Below, one piece after another: positions 61,306-64,000 of a stretch of 64,000 bases of DNA. A program made the translations under genes and the position numbers. Under the pieces are notes generated by a model. The model was not told where the DNA came from, did no database searches, and saw only the letters and a list, made by a program, of their open reading frames with translations. The stretch covers positions 8,928,001-8,992,000 of the forward strand of contig JBHGNT010000002.1 in the NCBI GenBank assembly GCA_043228905.1, written 5' to 3'. Position 1 is the stretch's first letter, and every line of letters starts with the position of its first letter. Source of the stretch: Azolla caroliniana (lineage: Eukaryota; Plantae; Polypodiophyta).

Positions 61306-64000
61306 TGTAAAAAGAGATAAGTGTGGACGCATATGCGAAGGGCATAGAGTACACAATCGATTATCCGGGAATACACAGTTAGGTAAACACAGAGAATATA
61401 AGAGAGAGAGAGAGACAATGTGTGAGCAGATAGACAAACCATCTATTACAAAAAGCTTTGTACATACAATGTGCTCACAGAACACTTTTTATACAAGCCG
61501 TAACGAGTGGGTTGACACAAGTACTATTAGTACTTTAATGCTCATAGATGAGCTTGACACTAACTCTGCCCATAATATTACTATTTACTATAATAGCAAT
61601 ATAGGCCTCTATCAGCCATTCGGCTCCCTGTCGATCCGGCCTAGCTGATCGGTCTCCATTTGATTTGGCTCTTGATCTGGCTCGACTTCTTTAGCCAATC
61701 CGAGCCTAACCGATCGGTTTCCATCTGATCTGGTTCTTGGCTTTTTCAGCCGATCGGCCCAAGTTGAGCTTGCTCACTCAACACTACCCCTGAAGCTCAA
61801 CTTGAGGTCCCAACATGTCAACTTCATTCGGTTCTAGCCTCTGGCTTCTCCTGGCATCTTCACACCTTGCTCGCGCTCCTCGTCCGGTCCGGTCCTGCGT
61901 CCCACGACTTATCGTTTGACGTTCCTTGACTCGTCCGGTTCCATGCACCTCAACCCTTGCGGTCGGCTCGTCTTCTCTTCAGGGCCTTGTTAGCTCCCTT
62001 GTTGTCACGGTATTGATGCCCCTTGACCCATTGGTTCTTCAGTTTCGGCGTCTGCTTTGGTTTCCCTCTCGTCCGCCTAGCCTTCAAATGTTTCGGCTCT
62101 CCCGAATCAAACTTCTCGACCGAATTGGTTGTCTCCGATTCATTCCTGCTTTTGTCTGAATTAGATGTCTCCAATTCGTCCTCCTTTAGGCCCTTGACCT
62201 GATCTGACCATGTGCTGGTCTTGGTCTTTATCTTCAGGTCGGCTTTGCCCTTCTTAGCTCTGCCACCTACCTTGCCTTTCTCGACTCTACCTCCCCCTTG
62301 TTAAGATGGCTCCATCTTTGGCCCGTTCTTTCGGCCACTCCCCCTGCATCTGGCTAGTCTCTGCCTAGCAGATCTTCTTTCATTTGTCCACACATCCTCG
62401 GCTTCTCCAGCCGATCGAAACGTTCTAACTTCTTCAGTCATTCCAAAATCGAATTCTTCACCTAATTTGGCTCCTTGGACATCTCTCCCTTTCTCGCCTT
62501 TGCTTTGCCTTTAGCTTCTCCCCCTCAAGTTTGGCAAGTCGAGATGTTGCAAACCAAGCATAGTCGAAACTGCAGCAACTTGTCTAGGCCGAGAGGTTTG
62601 GTGAAGATATCAACAACTTGCCGATTAGTCGAAACATATACGAGTTCCACTTCACCGGAGAGAACACGATCACGAACAAAATGATAGTGCACCTCAATGT
62701 GCTTTGTTTGGGCGTGGAAGATAGGGTTCTTCGCTAATTGGATGCTATTGAGGTTGTCACAGTATATATGACTGTTGGTTCAAACACCTCTACTTGCAGA
62801 TCCTTCAATAGCCTTTTGAGTCATATGGCTTTGCATGTCTCGACAACCGTTCCTCGATATTCCGCCTCGGTGCTTGACAATGGCACTCTCGGTTGCTTCT
62901 TGTTGCTCCATGCGATCACGACGCTTCCAAGTGCAAACACAAACCCTAATGTTTACCTGCGATCGCTGACATTTCCGGCCCAATCGGCATCCGTGTACCA
63001 GAGAAGCTGTCCGGTTACCCCGGTCTTATACAACAACGCCCTTTCCTTAGTGTTGTTGATATATCTCAGGATCCTTTGTGTGCAGTGAAGGTGTCCAATT
63101 GTCAGCTGCAACATAAACTGATTGATCAAGCCGACTGGATAACTGAGGTCCGGATGAGTGATGGTCAGATATATTACGCTTCTGACTATCTGTCGGAACT
63201 GTGATGGGGCACATGCCTTTCCTGAACCTTGATGAAGCTTGATGTTCCTATCCAGAGGAGTTGCGATGGATTTGCAGTTCATCATTCAGAGCTTGAAGAG
63301 CATACTTTGTAAATAATGTTGTTGGTTGACCAATATGCCTTCTCTAGGGTGCAGATCACTTCGATCCCGAGGAAGTAATGAAGGTCCCCTAGGTTCTTCA
63401 TCTCAAATGATGTCGTTATCTGAGACTTGACTTCGCCGATTTCTTCTAGGTCGGCAAAATGCTTATCGGTCCGGTTCGACTCTATCAAATGAACAATGAA
63501 GATTCTGATTTCGACGGACAAACCCTATCCAACGCAACGGTTACGTGATCTTTGCTTCCAAGCACGTAGGGCTTGCTTAAGTCCATAGAGAGACTTCTTC
63601 AAACGGCAAACTACCGATGTATTCAATTCGGATTGAAATATAGGGGGTTGTACCATGTACACTTGTTCCTCAAGCTCACCTTGTAGGAATGCATTCTTTA
63701 CATCCATCTTATGTAAATACCACTCCTTTGCCAAGTCTACCACTAGCAAGACACAGACGGTCGTCATCTTCACAACCGTCGCAAACATCTCATCATAATC
63801 GATGCCATGTTGCTGCGCATAACCCTTGGCCACCAGTTGGGCCTTGTATTAGTTGATGGAGCCGTCGACATTGTACTTGATCTTGTACACCCACTTGCAT
63901 CCGATCGGTTTCACACCTTTTAGGGCGCCAACCTGGTCGGATGTTTCATTTTCTACCAATGCTCGGATCTCTTCCTCCATGGCGGCATGCCAATTCATGT
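61306..64000 (-). mobile_element. Copia 3' part (RT, RNase H, 3' extension, PPT, LTR 61306-61783), family C2
   Basis: MDVKNAFLQG, YTDADWAG; LTR and 3' region homologous to 8988-10700. Confidence 0.92.

Overview
Repeat-dense eukaryotic DNA, most likely from a non-seed land plant such as a fern (inferred from the element types). About 52 kb is a deeply nested pile of decayed LTR retrotransposons. These include several Ty1/Copia families, a full-length tRNA-Met-primed chromovirus, a Tf1/Tcn1-like Ty3/Gypsy that appears to self-prime, and a tRNA-Trp-primed Ty3/Gypsy lineage with 4-bp TSDs. One Copia element (14901-51840, TSD AGAAA) has been inflated to ~37 kb by nested insertions. The only intact host gene is an intronless nodulin-like/NFD4-type MFS transporter (56910-58736). 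There is also a LINE 3' end and a hAT-type MITE. Main observations: (1) all eight insertions of the Trp-primed or closely similar Gypsy LTRs sit in an N-CG-N target; (2) unrelated LTR families carry tRNA-like Pol III A-box/B-box modules, mostly antisense in U3; (3) a Gypsy LTR carries a Copia U3 module; (4) a chromovirus leader has a 56-bp-period hairpin repeat/unique spacer array; (5) there is a Tf1-type self-priming signature; (6) a 600-bp inversion lies between two GTGCAC palindromes. Coordinates were read by eye and may be a few bases off where no TSD anchors them. No database searches were run.
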